Shown in pieces: positions 1 to 8,904 of a DNA stretch of 64,000 bases. The position numbers were made by a program, and so were the translations under genes. The notes under the pieces are model-generated. The model made no database searches and was not told the DNA's origin. It worked only from the letters and a program-made list of their open reading frames with translations. The DNA is from Phormidium sp. (lineage in GTDB: Bacteria; Cyanobacteriota; Cyanobacteriia; Cyanobacteriales; Aerosakkonemataceae): NCBI GenBank assembly GCA_051013385.1, contig CP143273.1, positions 800,001 through 864,000 of the forward strand, written 5' to 3'. Within the stretch, counting starts at the first letter, position 1, and every line of letters begins with the position of its first letter.

Positions 1-168
1 TAACTCTTCATCTTCATAATCTGCTAGTGAACCAAACATTTCCTTCAGTTCTTCTTGTTCTTCATCACTTACATAAGGTATCAAAGCTTGGCAGAGTAAA
101 AGTCTTTCTTCTCTTAAAACTTCGCGGACGCTTTCTTTAATTAACGCTTTCAGTTCTTCCTTTTCCAT
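1..168 (-). CDS. Small acidic hypothetical protein, antitoxin-like (partial, runs off window start)
   Basis: Manual translation from ATG at 168: MEKEELKALIKESVREVLREERLLLCQALIPYVSDEEQEELKEMFGSLADYEDEEL...; resembles cyanobacterial antitoxin-like proteins found beside RelE-type toxins. Confidence 0.6.
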   Translation of the reverse strand, partial: MEKEELKALIKESVREVLREERLLLCQALIPYVSDEEQEELKEMFGSLADYEDEEL

Positions 169-211
169 TGTTGTTACCTATTTTTTAACTGAATTTTCGA
201 CAGTCGCAACA

Positions 212-373
212 GCCGCCTGCGAATTGATTCGCACCGCGAGTAGCTAAAGTCCTCTAAAGAGGACTAAAATATTGCTAATCAAAATCAACGCTTTCAGTCC
301 ATTTTAATGGACTTCAGCTATTAGCCTGCGAATTGATTCGCAGGCGGGATCAAAGCGCAGACACAAGATCTCA
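212..373. repeat. Composite palindromic dispersed repeat (SDR/REP-MITE-like)
   Basis: 19-bp GCCTGCGAATTGATTCGCA at 215-233 and 324-342; hairpins AGTCCTCT-AA-AGAGGACT and AGTCCATT-TT-AATGGACT; a related motif recurs near 28792-28824. Confidence 0.7.
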
Positions 374-387
374 GATCGCAGTTTTAT

Positions 388-1707
388 CTAATCTTTCGGC
401 AATCCTAAATCAGGCAAACCTTTGACAATTTTAACGGTTTCTAAACTAACTGTAATCACCTGTTTAATTAAGCGGACAATATATTCCTCATCATCCAGTC
501 GATTCGGGTCATTTGTAATCCCGCTCCGTTTATCTGTGCTAACTTGATATTGGTCAATAATCCAATCTAAAGCGGAACGGTTGCCTAAGCGATATTCAAA
601 TACTTCCGGGGGAATTCCTGCTAAGGTGAGAAAGTCGTTATATTTGATTTGGGTTTTATCTTTGGAAAGGCGCATTTTTTCCACACGCCAATCAATTGGT
701 AAATCTTTATTTTCGATATGTTTCAGGCGATATTCTGGTTGTTGTTCGTAGTTAACGTGAATTTCTGCCAGTCGTTTTCCTGCTGTGGCGAAAGGATGAA
801 ATTCTGGCGCAAAAGGTATGCGGGGAAGTTCTCTTTTTAGGTTAGCTGCGTAGCGTTCTCGGTAGTCGGGATGATGGAGAATTGCATAAATATAATGGAA
901 AATATCCCATTTGGTAATTGTGGGATCTTGATAATGTTTGCGATATTGTTCTAACGCCCAATCTGTAATGTTTTCTTTGCGGTTTGTTCCGTCTTCATTG
1001 TAGGTGTAGAATGGGAAACATTGAGAACCACCTTGAGGTAATAAATCTGGGATTCGATTAACCACTAAAGAGAAAGCTGGAATTTCACTCCCTACTTTCA
1101 ACCAAATCACCATATTTTTTGTTTCTAAAGCAGGAAAGATATAAGGAAATTGTCCCAAGCGATGTATCAAAACATCATCAAAATATACATATTGATAAGT
1201 AAAAGGTCGATACAGAGAAGGTCTGATGTTCTTTGGCTCAAAAACTACCGTCTTATTAGATACCAAACACTCTTTTAATCTACTACTCCATTTAATCTTT
1301 GTTTCGTCAGATAACACAAAATCATCTACTTGCTCTCCTGGTTTTCTTTGAGTATTCCATAAATAAACTTGTTCATTATATGTATTGATAAATGCTTGAA
1401 TATTATTGATTAATGTTTGATTACTAAAATTGTAAGCCCAACTGTCCCTAGAAGTTTGAATTCCTATACTATAATTTATAAATAATGCCGAGCATGAAAA
1501 ATTTTCCTTGGTTGTTTTATTACCAATTGCCAGAAAAGTTTCAAATTCATCCTCTAAACCTTCAGTCAACCAATTATAATTTTTATCAGGCTTAATTTCT
1601 TGCCAATCTACATTACCAATATGCTCAAGCTTTTCTAAATAAGCTAACTTTTCCTCTTTCCGCCAAAACTCATCCATTCGAGCATAATAAATTTGTGCTT
1701 TTCTCAT
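388..1707 (-). CDS. C-terminal half (target-recognition/specificity region) of a Type IIG/ISP-like restriction-modification enzyme
   Basis: Motifs GIQTSRDSWAYNF, IRPSLYRPF, DIFHYIYAILHHPDYRERYAANLKRELPRIP and YRLGNRSALDWIIDQY, typical of the LlaBIII-like C-terminal specificity domain; 439 aa intact. Confidence 0.85.
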   Translation of the reverse strand: MRKAQIYYARMDEFWRKEEKLAYLEKLEHIGNVDWQEIKPDKNYNWLTEGLEDEFETFLAIGNKTTKENFSCSALFINYSIGIQTSRDSWAYNFSNQTLINNIQAFINTYNEQVYLWNTQRKPGEQVDDFVLSDETKIKWSSRLKECLVSNKTVVFEPKNIRPSLYRPFTYQYVYFDDVLIHRLGQFPYIFPALETKNMVIWLKVGSEIPAFSLVVNRIPDLLPQGGSQCFPFYTYNEDGTNRKENITDWALEQYRKHYQDPTITKWDIFHYIYAILHHPDYRERYAANLKRELPRIPFAPEFHPFATAGKRLAEIHVNYEQQPEYRLKHIENKDLPIDWRVEKMRLSKDKTQIKYNDFLTLAGIPPEVFEYRLGNRSALDWIIDQYQVSTDKRSGITNDPNRLDDEEYIVRLIKQVITVSLETVKIVKGLPDLGLPKD

Positions 1708-2012
1708 AAATTATTCCTAAAATCCTCAAACAAAGCTTGCAAATTCCTCCTTCCATAAGCAACACGGACAATATCAATTCCATCTTCACGGGGATAATAA
1801 AAAACAATATAATCATCAACGATGAAACCACGCAAATCCTGTCTAATATGACTATAATCCTTACCCATGTTAGGGAAACTGGCAACTAACTTACATTTTT
1901 GTCGAATAGAATCAAACAGTTGACTAGCAGCTTTTACATTAGTTTGCGCGATAAATTCACAGATTTGATTCAAATCCTTAACTGCCGCTTCAGAGAAAAT
2001 GTAACTTGCCAT
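1704..2012 (-). CDS. parE: Type II TA toxin, ParE/RelE family
   Basis: 102 aa: YIFSEAAVKDLNQICEFIA...FPNMG...YIVFY...IDIVRVAYGRRNL. Confidence 0.9.
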   Translation of the reverse strand: MASYIFSEAAVKDLNQICEFIAQTNVKAASQLFDSIRQKCKLVASFPNMGKDYSHIRQDLRGFIVDDYIVFYYPREDGIDIVRVAYGRRNLQALFEDFRNNL

Positions 2013-2014
2013 AT

Positions 2015-2272
2015 TTAGCCTTTTTCCATCTGTTTTAGCTTTTCTTGTAACTGCTGAAAAACTAATTCACCATCAACAACTTTTCCTTGACGAATTTGTT
2101 CTGTTCCTTCATCAATTTTTGACCTTAGCTCAAGCAGTTGTTTTTCTTGATAATCATGTTCTTCTAAAAGTTGAAATGCTACTGCTAATAACTCATCAAC
2201 ACTTTGATATTTACCTTGTTGTAATTTTTCGATGACAAACTTTTCTTGTTCTGGCTTTAAGGCTATTTGCAT
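2015..2272 (-). CDS. parD: Type II TA antitoxin, ParD family (ribbon-helix-helix)
   Basis: 85 aa: MQIALKPEQEKFV...GKYQSVDELL...LRSKIDEG...GKVVDG; AAGGAG Shine-Dalgarno upstream; 2 nt from parE. Confidence 0.9.
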   Translation of the reverse strand: MQIALKPEQEKFVIEKLQQGKYQSVDELLAVAFQLLEEHDYQEKQLLELRSKIDEGTEQIRQGKVVDGELVFQQLQEKLKQMEKG

Positions 2273-2307
2273 TTTTCTCTCCTTCTTATGACATCTCTAC
2301 AATTTAA

Positions 2308-4080
2308 TTATATTGACTCTACACGCTTTCTGACCAAAATATTAATACTCACACCTACCTGAATCCCAAACACATTATGAGTTGTTCCTGAAAGCTTCGG
2401 ATTTTTGCGAACATTTCCCCCTAAATCAAACACATACATTTTATCGAAATCTTTTTCTAACTCTTGTCTCATCCCGTCAAAAGCTATTTGATCGATAAAG
2501 CTGTTATTGGTGACAAAAGCAATAATTCCTTCTTCTGTAATTCTATCACTCGCCCAGCGAATTGCTTTTACATAAGGATCGGAAAGAGCATTTTTATTAG
2601 TTGCTTTGGATGCTTTGGCGTAAGTTGCTGAAACAACATCATCTATTCCGGTTTTATCTTTTGTCGTATATCTCCGGTTTTTATTATTATCATTTTCGTT
2701 CAACTGTCCTACATTATAAGGAGGATTGCCAACAATTACAAAAATATTCGTTTGTCTTTGCTTTTCTACCCGCTTCATATTAGCAGGACTAAATAAATCT
2801 AACTGTTGAACTGCTTGATCTTCAAAGGTATCAACCAAACAAATCCCTTCAAAAGATTTATATTCCCCAGCTTGCTCAAAATATTCATGTTCAATATTCA
2901 TCGAAGCAATATAATAAGGTAACAACATCACCTCATTACAATGCAATTCATGTTCATATTTATAAGGTAAAGCCGATTTTTGAATCTCCACAATTTCTCG
3001 CATTACCCGAATGATAAAATTCCCCGTTCCCACAAAAGGATCAAGAACGTGAACGCCTTTATCAACTAACGACTTGCCAAACTCTTTTTGTAAAATCTCC
3101 TCAACACTTTTGACGATAAAATTAACTATTGGTTGGGGAGTATAAACAATCCCGTGAGTATCAGCAACCTTTACCGAAAAACCTTGGAAAAAACGCTCAT
3201 AAATGCGATTGAGAAAATCCTGTTTATGCCCATAATCATCAATTGTAGCTGCGGTTTCTTCGATCGCACCATAAAACCGATCCAACTTACTCAAAAAATG
3301 ACTCCGACTAAAAGATTTCGCAGTTAAAGCATTAATTACTTTCTCAATCTCTACCGCAATAATATTCCGTTGTGCAAAATCAGGATTATTAAACACGCTG
3401 CGAAAAATCCGTTCAGTCAATAAATGCTGAATCAACATTTCTTCAACCGCCGCCTCGGAAAGATTCGGATTAATTGACTGACGACAAAGTAACAGAAAAT
3501 CCGCAAAAGCATCAATAAACTTTTTGTTTTTCTTCTCCTGATCTCGGATTAATTCCAGTAAAGCTGTAGCGTGTTCTTTAACGCGAATCCCAAATTCTTC
3601 AACCGCCCTTTCCCATTGTTCAATAGCTGGCGGACGATATTCAAAAAACTGGCGCACCACATCTACTAAAGCCTGTGGTTTAGTGATGTCTTCATCCATT
3701 ACCAGTTTACCATCTTGATAGAGAATTGCGCGATCGGGCCGTTGAAAAATGATATTATCTTTGGGATAGCCAACTGCAAACTTTTTCTGAATTTGCTTTT
3801 TTAAATCATCCTTAATATCTTTAGCTTCCCAATAAGCACGGGCTAAATTATAATCATCAACTAATGCCCCATCAATCCGAATAGGCTGTTTTTTCGGGCG
3901 CTTAAATGTCCACTCTGGTACAAGTGTCCATTTAAACTGTTTCCCACAAGACTCAAGCAACTGATGAAAAGCTGTTTTCACAGCCCCTTCATGCTCAACC
4001 CCTAATTTAGCATATTGCTCTAAAGCTTCGTAGTAGAGTTTAACAGGTTTGTTAGTTGACTTGAGGTTGAGATTAGGCAT
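2308..4080 (-). CDS. N-terminal half (PD-(D/E)xK nuclease + N6-adenine methyltransferase) of a Type IIG/ISP-like R-M enzyme
   Basis: RIDGAL...YWEAKD nuclease motif; GIVYTPQPIV; LDPFVGTGNF (motif I); GNPPY (motif IV); ends HNVFGIQVGVSINILVRKRVESI; no helicase domain. Confidence 0.88.
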   Translation of the reverse strand: MPNLNLKSTNKPVKLYYEALEQYAKLGVEHEGAVKTAFHQLLESCGKQFKWTLVPEWTFKRPKKQPIRIDGALVDDYNLARAYWEAKDIKDDLKKQIQKKFAVGYPKDNIIFQRPDRAILYQDGKLVMDEDITKPQALVDVVRQFFEYRPPAIEQWERAVEEFGIRVKEHATALLELIRDQEKKNKKFIDAFADFLLLCRQSINPNLSEAAVEEMLIQHLLTERIFRSVFNNPDFAQRNIIAVEIEKVINALTAKSFSRSHFLSKLDRFYGAIEETAATIDDYGHKQDFLNRIYERFFQGFSVKVADTHGIVYTPQPIVNFIVKSVEEILQKEFGKSLVDKGVHVLDPFVGTGNFIIRVMREIVEIQKSALPYKYEHELHCNEVMLLPYYIASMNIEHEYFEQAGEYKSFEGICLVDTFEDQAVQQLDLFSPANMKRVEKQRQTNIFVIVGNPPYNVGQLNENDNNKNRRYTTKDKTGIDDVVSATYAKASKATNKNALSDPYVKAIRWASDRITEEGIIAFVTNNSFIDQIAFDGMRQELEKDFDKMYVFDLGGNVRKNPKLSGTTHNVFGIQVGVSINILVRKRVESI

Positions 4081-4170
4081 ATCTAAATTTTACCTAATTA
4101 AGTTATTTTCGGATTTGTAAGTAGGGGTGAGATTAACCCTTATAATATCCCAACTTATCCGATTAACTAA

Positions 4171-4743
4171 TCAAATTCCGATTTCCTTAAACATTAAAAC
4201 ACTCTCATAATTTTCTAAATCTAAAAATCTATCCTTTCGCAAAATTCCTACTTGCTGAAAACCTTGTTTTTCGTGAAATTCGATCGATCGCACATTCCCC
4301 AAAGGTTTACTAACAACAAAAGCTGAAATAAATGAATTGGGAAACTTTTCATAAAGTGACTTATACATAAACTGAGCAATACCTTTACCCTGATACTCCA
4401 ACTGAGTCGCTACTACTTGAATATAAAGATGCCTGACACTGCGAATTTTATCTTTACAAGAATCATCTTGCCAAATAATCTGATTTAAAAATTCATTGCT
4501 AATTTTGGGTTTTGCCAAAGCCAAAAATCCCAAAACTTCCCCGCTAAAGTTAACAGCAAGAAAATACTTATTAGTTCCTTGATATAAATTTTTTTGAATC
4601 TCCGATTCTGTGGTTTTAGCTAAGAGAAAGCCAGAATTATGCGAGAGATTCTGACCTCGAACATTAGTATTATGAATATCAACAATTGCCGCTATATTGT
4701 TGGTTTGGGTTTCAACAAAACTTAAGTCTTGGATCTGGATCAT
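4171..4743 (-). CDS. GNAT family N-acetyltransferase
   Basis: YQGKGIA acetyl-CoA binding motif and N..SIEFHEKQGF; likely start ATG 4743 (the longer ORF overlaps the divergent gene). Confidence 0.8.
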   Translation of the reverse strand: MIQIQDLSFVETQTNNIAAIVDIHNTNVRGQNLSHNSGFLLAKTTESEIQKNLYQGTNKYFLAVNFSGEVLGFLALAKPKISNEFLNQIIWQDDSCKDKIRSVRHLYIQVVATQLEYQGKGIAQFMYKSLYEKFPNSFISAFVVSKPLGNVRSIEFHEKQGFQQVGILRKDRFLDLENYESVLMFKEIGI

Positions 4744-4830
4744 AATATTAATAATTTCCAAGTTTTTTGCTTTAGCTAAAAATATGGTTGCACAATATGA
4801 TATCATAAAATAATAGCATAAATTATAACT

Positions 4831-5085
4831 ATGGAAAGAGAAGCTGTAACTATTCGCATCCCTAGCGATTTGTTGGAGCAAGCAAGACAGTTTCGCGAAG
4901 GTGGAGAGTCTTTTAATGAGATGGTGGTTGATGCGATCGCACGCGAAGTAAAAAGAAGGCGCAGTCTAGCAGCACATCAGCGAATTGTAGCTCGAAGTGC
5001 GGAAATAGAAGCCAAAACAGGCATTCAACCAAGTTCTGTAGAATTGATTCGTCAGCTACGAACAGATGAGGGAAGGCGTGAGTAA
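4831..5085 (+). CDS. RHH/CopG-like antitoxin (VapB-type)
   Basis: VTIRIPSDLLEQARQ...SFNEMVVDAIAREV, C-terminal SSVELIRQLR; overlaps the start of a PIN gene. Confidence 0.75.
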   Translation: MEREAVTIRIPSDLLEQARQFREGGESFNEMVVDAIAREVKRRRSLAAHQRIVARSAEIEAKTGIQPSSVELIRQLRTDEGRRE

Positions 5086-5239
5086 ATGTATCGATACTAG
5101 TGTTTGGATTCCTTATCTTTTACCGGAAACATTGCAACCCCAAGCGAGGAATTTGATCGCTCCCTTACTAACATCAAATGAGCGTTTAGTCGCACCTGCA
5201 TTTGCTTGGACAGAAGTAGGCTCAGTATTACGAAAATAG
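5078..5239 (+). pseudogene. Truncated VapC/PIN toxin
   Basis: Manual translation from GTG: SKCIDTSVWIPYLLPE...RLVAPAFAWTEVGSVLRK, stop after 53 aa; DTS and the conserved E are present, C-terminal acidic residues missing. Confidence 0.75.
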
Positions 5240-5268
5240 GTATAATTTAGATAACTGCAATTAAAATT

Positions 5269-5751
5269 ATGACTCCTAATTTAGTTCGGGAAGTAACCCA
5301 ATTAACAGATATCAGAGAAATAGCAGAGATTACAATGAAGGTTTTTTTGCAAATCTGCTGGAAAGCAACCCTAACTTATGGAGATGAATTAAGCCTTCAT
5401 ATTGGTGCGAAGATTCCTTACTCACAAAAATCGATGGCTGGTAAACAAAAAGGTGAGTGGATAGTAGGTACGAGAGGAAATCCTTGGCAACTTAAATCAG
5501 GAGGGGAAACGATCGCTAATTCTGAAGAAGATGCGGAGAGTATTAGAGGAAAAGTAAAAGCGATCGAAAATAATCATATTAGTTGGTTTGTCCCTACTCC
5601 AGAGTTAGATTTTAATAGAGCCTCATCAAATGCTTTTTTTTACTCAGATCTTGCACTCCTGGAGGTAGAACCTCCCAGATCTTCGTTCCCAGGTTCAACC
5701 TGGGAACGAAAAATTAGAATCAGGAATCGATCCTTATTGCCCTCGAATTAG
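5269..5751 (+). pseudogene. Hypothetical protein whose 3' end reads into a repeat element
   Basis: Plausible coding sequence up to about FVPTPEL; the tail (LALLEVEPPRSSFPGSTWER) is translated from the palindromic repeat at 5643-5710. Confidence 0.5.
5643..5710. repeat. Palindromic MITE-like repeat (family also at 27049-27140)
   Basis: CTCAGATCTTGCAC end; GGAGGTAGAACCTCC and TTCGTTCCCAGGTTCAACCTGGGAACGAA hairpins. Confidence 0.7.
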
Positions 5752-6279
5752 CTTAAGAGTTTTCTCCGGTAAATGGTGTGTTCCCCCTTCAGAGGATTTG
5801 AGTGTTGCCACATCATCAGTCACGCTGCTAAATAAATCAAGAAGTCGTCCTTCCAGAACTTTTCTCCGCTCTAGATCGCTCTCATTCCACATCTGATTTA
5901 GTAATTCAGAAGTATGTCTATGTATTAGCAGAGCAGTCACAGGCGGTACATTTTTGAAAGCAGCAACTATTTGAGCTTTCATCGAGTCTAACTCTTTCAA
6001 AAAGTTGGCATAGTCTTTAGTTTCTTGCTCAACTTTCATTTTCAGTCTTTCAATTTCACCTTCATACTCAAGAGCAAGCTTGTTTAATTCTTGCTTAATT
6101 TCTGCTTTTCTTTTTTGAATTTGCTCTTGCAAATCAAGTTCGAGCATTTCCTTTTTGGCTCGATTCTTGTAGATGGTATCAAGATTATTTTCCATCCATT
6201 GAGTATTTAAACTCTTAGTAGCAAGCATTAATTCCGAGACAAATCTTGCCAAATTAGTAGCTACTTCCATAGAATCCAT
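5734..6279 (-). CDS. Hypothetical coiled-coil protein
   Basis: 181-aa ORF with E/K/L-rich heptads; overlaps upstream ORF by 19 nt. Confidence 0.65.
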   Translation of the reverse strand: MDSMEVATNLARFVSELMLATKSLNTQWMENNLDTIYKNRAKKEMLELDLQEQIQKRKAEIKQELNKLALEYEGEIERLKMKVEQETKDYANFLKELDSMKAQIVAAFKNVPPVTALLIHRHTSELLNQMWNESDLERRKVLEGRLLDLFSSVTDDVATLKSSEGGTHHLPEKTLKLIRGQ

Positions 6280-6650
6280 GCTTTCTTTCCTTCCTGAATC
6301 AGCTTAGTAAACTCTGCTTCTATATTTTCTACGTCACAATAGCAAACTATCTCAGCTAAAACAATCATTTTTTCGTAGTTTCTCTGTCGATAATAAATCC
6401 GTTTATATTTATGAATTTTCTCCATTAAGTCTACTGCTAATAACGGTTTTATAAAACGTAGCCTGGAGTCTATACATACTAGACAGTCAGTGATTTGAGT
6501 GTATTGATGTTGCTTCCAGATTAAATCAACTTTAGCTTTTCCTTCTAATTTTATACGGCGAATTCTTTTTATATATCTGGCATGAAGCCTTGAAAATTGC
6601 CATTTGATCCACCTTTTTCTTAGAACCGCCTGAAGCCTTTTCCAACACAT
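6261..6650 (-). CDS. Hypothetical basic protein
   Basis: 129-aa K/R-rich ORF co-oriented with and overlapping the 181-aa gene; start uncertain. Confidence 0.5.
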   Translation of the reverse strand: MCWKRLQAVLRKRWIKWQFSRLHARYIKRIRRIKLEGKAKVDLIWKQHQYTQITDCLVCIDSRLRFIKPLLAVDLMEKIHKYKRIYYRQRNYEKMIVLAEIVCYCDVENIEAEFTKLIQEGKKAWILWK

Positions 6651-6727
6651 CTCAAAATCTCAAAATATGAACGCTACAAGTTGCGAAATGCCAATAATCA
6701 CAGCATAACTATCGATTCTAGAAATGT

Positions 6728-7180
6728 TTATCTACCAAAAACTCCAATACCGTAGCGGCAAGGTGCATTTCGGCAACTAGGCATATAAATTTTGAGCCGA
6801 AAACGAGCATTCCAGCGCGGCTCAACTTTGACAACCGGAAAGTCGTCTTTCTGAACATCAGAAGCAACAACATTACCATTATCATCATAAATTTTCAAAT
6901 CAAGGTCACTACAGTCCTGATCGCAAACACCTACAATTGCATAACTCACACCTGCTTTTAAATTCAGATTTAAGTCATCTTCACCACCATTACCAAGATC
7001 ACCAATAAATGGTTCATGTGTTAAGCCATAGCCTCCATAACCAGCACTTCTTACTACTCGAATAAGCTGGGTACGAACTTGCTCAGTAAAACGATCGGCA
7101 GCAACGGAAAATTTTTCTGGTAAAATAACAAAACTCCATAATGTAGCACTCAAAGTAAATCCTACTAAAACTCTATTCAT
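6728..7180 (-). CDS. Secreted protein with PPC-like beta-sandwich domain
   Basis: Signal peptide; GVCDQDCSDLDLKIYDDNG motif; GAGG RBS. Confidence 0.7.
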   Translation of the reverse strand: MNRVLVGFTLSATLWSFVILPEKFSVAADRFTEQVRTQLIRVVRSAGYGGYGLTHEPFIGDLGNGGEDDLNLNLKAGVSYAIVGVCDQDCSDLDLKIYDDNGNVVASDVQKDDFPVVKVEPRWNARFRLKIYMPSCRNAPCRYGIGVFGR

Positions 7181-7284
7181 CTCAACCTCTTTGAGTTGTT
7201 ATTACAAGACTTTAGGTCTGGTGAGTCAATCCCATCTAACAACCAGTGATAATTGCGCTTTTAGCGAATTTTCAGTAAAAGAAT

Positions 7285-7761
7285 CTACTCTTCTGCAAGT
7301 AGAACAGAACAGTTATTACCACCAATGTTTGCCAGCAGCTTGAAATTTTTCCCATTAGATACATCAATGGTTCCTTGTCCAGCACAAGTACGGACTATCC
7401 CATCCTTAAACGTTGCCCTTGCGCTAGCCGTATAGGTATGATGGCCGGAACTTGGCACAGTCACTCGCAGTATCGATTGTGGAAAATCTTGATTAACCGT
7501 AAGTGTCCCAACCATTTTTCCGTCTATCCAAACAGTTACCTGTTCGCTGACTTGCCCAATGTCAGTGCCGAGATCGTCACTAATGCTAAAGTTAACTGGT
7601 GATTGAGAAGGTGGAGGGCTTGGAGTTGATGGTATAGTCGGAGATGGCGTGGGAGACGGGGTAGGTATAACCCTAGCTATTAGGGCACTGCTTACTACAC
7701 CTATCAAACCAACTATTGCAACTATTATTTGTACCTGATGGCTTTGATCCTTTTGACTCAT
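7285..7761 (-). CDS. Membrane-anchored hypothetical protein with Pro/Thr linker
   Basis: N-terminal TM (IIVAIVGLIGVVSSALI), PTPSPTPSPT linker, beta-rich domain with two Cys. Confidence 0.65.
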   Translation of the reverse strand: MSQKDQSHQVQIIVAIVGLIGVVSSALIARVIPTPSPTPSPTIPSTPSPPPSQSPVNFSISDDLGTDIGQVSEQVTVWIDGKMVGTLTVNQDFPQSILRVTVPSSGHHTYTASARATFKDGIVRTCAGQGTIDVSNGKNFKLLANIGGNNCSVLLAEE

Positions 7762-8071
7762 TAGCAGTAACTTTTTACCCTGACATTGCAAGTGCATAAT
7801 ATCGTTTACGCCAATGATTACTACAAATAGGTATTGGGAACCTCCCCCTGGTCAACCCGTTGTGTAGCAAACATTTAGGTAATCCATACAACAGATCGTG
7901 TTATGTACAACACAGCTTTCCCTAATGCTAGCTCTGCCGCTTAACAACTGAAAAGCCCAAAAAGTTGGAAAAAGTTGGATCTTTTTCAAAGAGGAATGCA
8001 GCCGAAAAAAAAGTTGCAAAAAGTGGGAAAAAGTTGGTTATAGTAACCATAGTTATCTATTCTAACTATTT

Positions 8072-8593
8072 ATGGACATCCCTGAATTATTGCAATTTAT
8101 TGATGAAGCTGTTTATGCCAAGACGAACAAACATCTCAATAACTTGCAAAGGAGGATTATCACGGGAATCTTGAAAAATCAAAAGTATGCGGATGTTTCC
8201 AAAACTTATGGTTATAGCGCCCAGCACGTTAAAAAAGCCAGCCACGAACTTTTGCAAATGTTATCTGATATTTTTGGTGAACAAGTTAAGAAAAGTAATC
8301 TAGAATCTGTATTAGAACGACAAATAAATTTAAAGATAATTGGTAATAAAACTAATAATCAAAGTACCCAAAACATTATAGGTATAGGTTCTATCAGCAG
8401 TTGTCCTAGTTCCTCAAATTCTAACCCAGAAAAAAGTGATCCTGAAACTACTAACTTTCAGCAACAAAGCCAGAATCAAACTAAGATTGAAACAATAGAT
8501 AAATTACGGAAATTTGGTTTAAGCAATGAGCAAATTGCAGAGGCGTTAGACATACCTTTAGATGTAATTAATCAGATGGAATTGGATGAGTGA
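8072..8593 (+). CDS. HTH protein: N-terminal HTH like those on cyanobacterial STAND/NB-ARC ATPases, plus a C-terminal short HTH
   Basis: KHLNNLQRRIITG..KNQKYADVS...YS..HVKK..HELLQMLS..FGEQVKKSN; C-terminal GLSNEQIAEALDIPLDVI. Confidence 0.65.
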   Translation: MDIPELLQFIDEAVYAKTNKHLNNLQRRIITGILKNQKYADVSKTYGYSAQHVKKASHELLQMLSDIFGEQVKKSNLESVLERQINLKIIGNKTNNQSTQNIIGIGSISSCPSSSNSNPEKSDPETTNFQQQSQNQTKIETIDKLRKFGLSNEQIAEALDIPLDVINQMELDE

Positions 8594-8615
8594 ATCTGCC
8601 AAAATCTTAATTAAA

Positions 8616-8666
8616 TTATTGATTTTCTTCATCTTCATTAACTTGAACAAAAGGTCGATCAGACAT
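8616..8666 (-). pseudogene. Stub of RelE/ParE-type toxin (16 codons)
   Basis: ATG overlaps the end of the upstream antitoxin: MSDRPFVQVNEDEENQ stop; position and first residues fit a toxin start. Confidence 0.4.
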
Positions 8667-8904
8667 CATCAATCCCTTCCCAAAGTTGGGCGACAGGAAT
8701 AGTTTGTCCGGTCATTGCTTCCTGCCAAGCTTGACGGATATCTGCTAAAATTTCTTCTTTGGGTTGTTCATTTTCATTGATTTCTTCTGCTTCTGGAATT
8801 AGGACAATTACTTCAACGCGACTATTTTTATCTGTGATAATAGGGCGATCTAAAGTAATTTGCCCCTGTTCGTTGATGGTAGCCATAACTTTAATTGCTT
8901 TCAT
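8659..8904 (-). CDS. Antitoxin-like protein
   Basis: MKAIKVMATINEQGQITLD...ILADIRQAWQEAMTGQTIPVAQLWEGID, typical of cyanobacterial RelE/ParE-linked antitoxins; GGAGGAG RBS. Confidence 0.7.
   Translation of the reverse strand: MKAIKVMATINEQGQITLDRPIITDKNSRVEVIVLIPEAEEINENEQPKEEILADIRQAWQEAMTGQTIPVAQLWEGIDDV

Noticed and set aside
1670..2310. Intron or excisable element restoring the R-M reading frame
   Set aside because: No group I/II structure, no recombinase, and only a weak AGAAAG/AGAAAAG similarity at the junctions; the downstream half has its own coupled start
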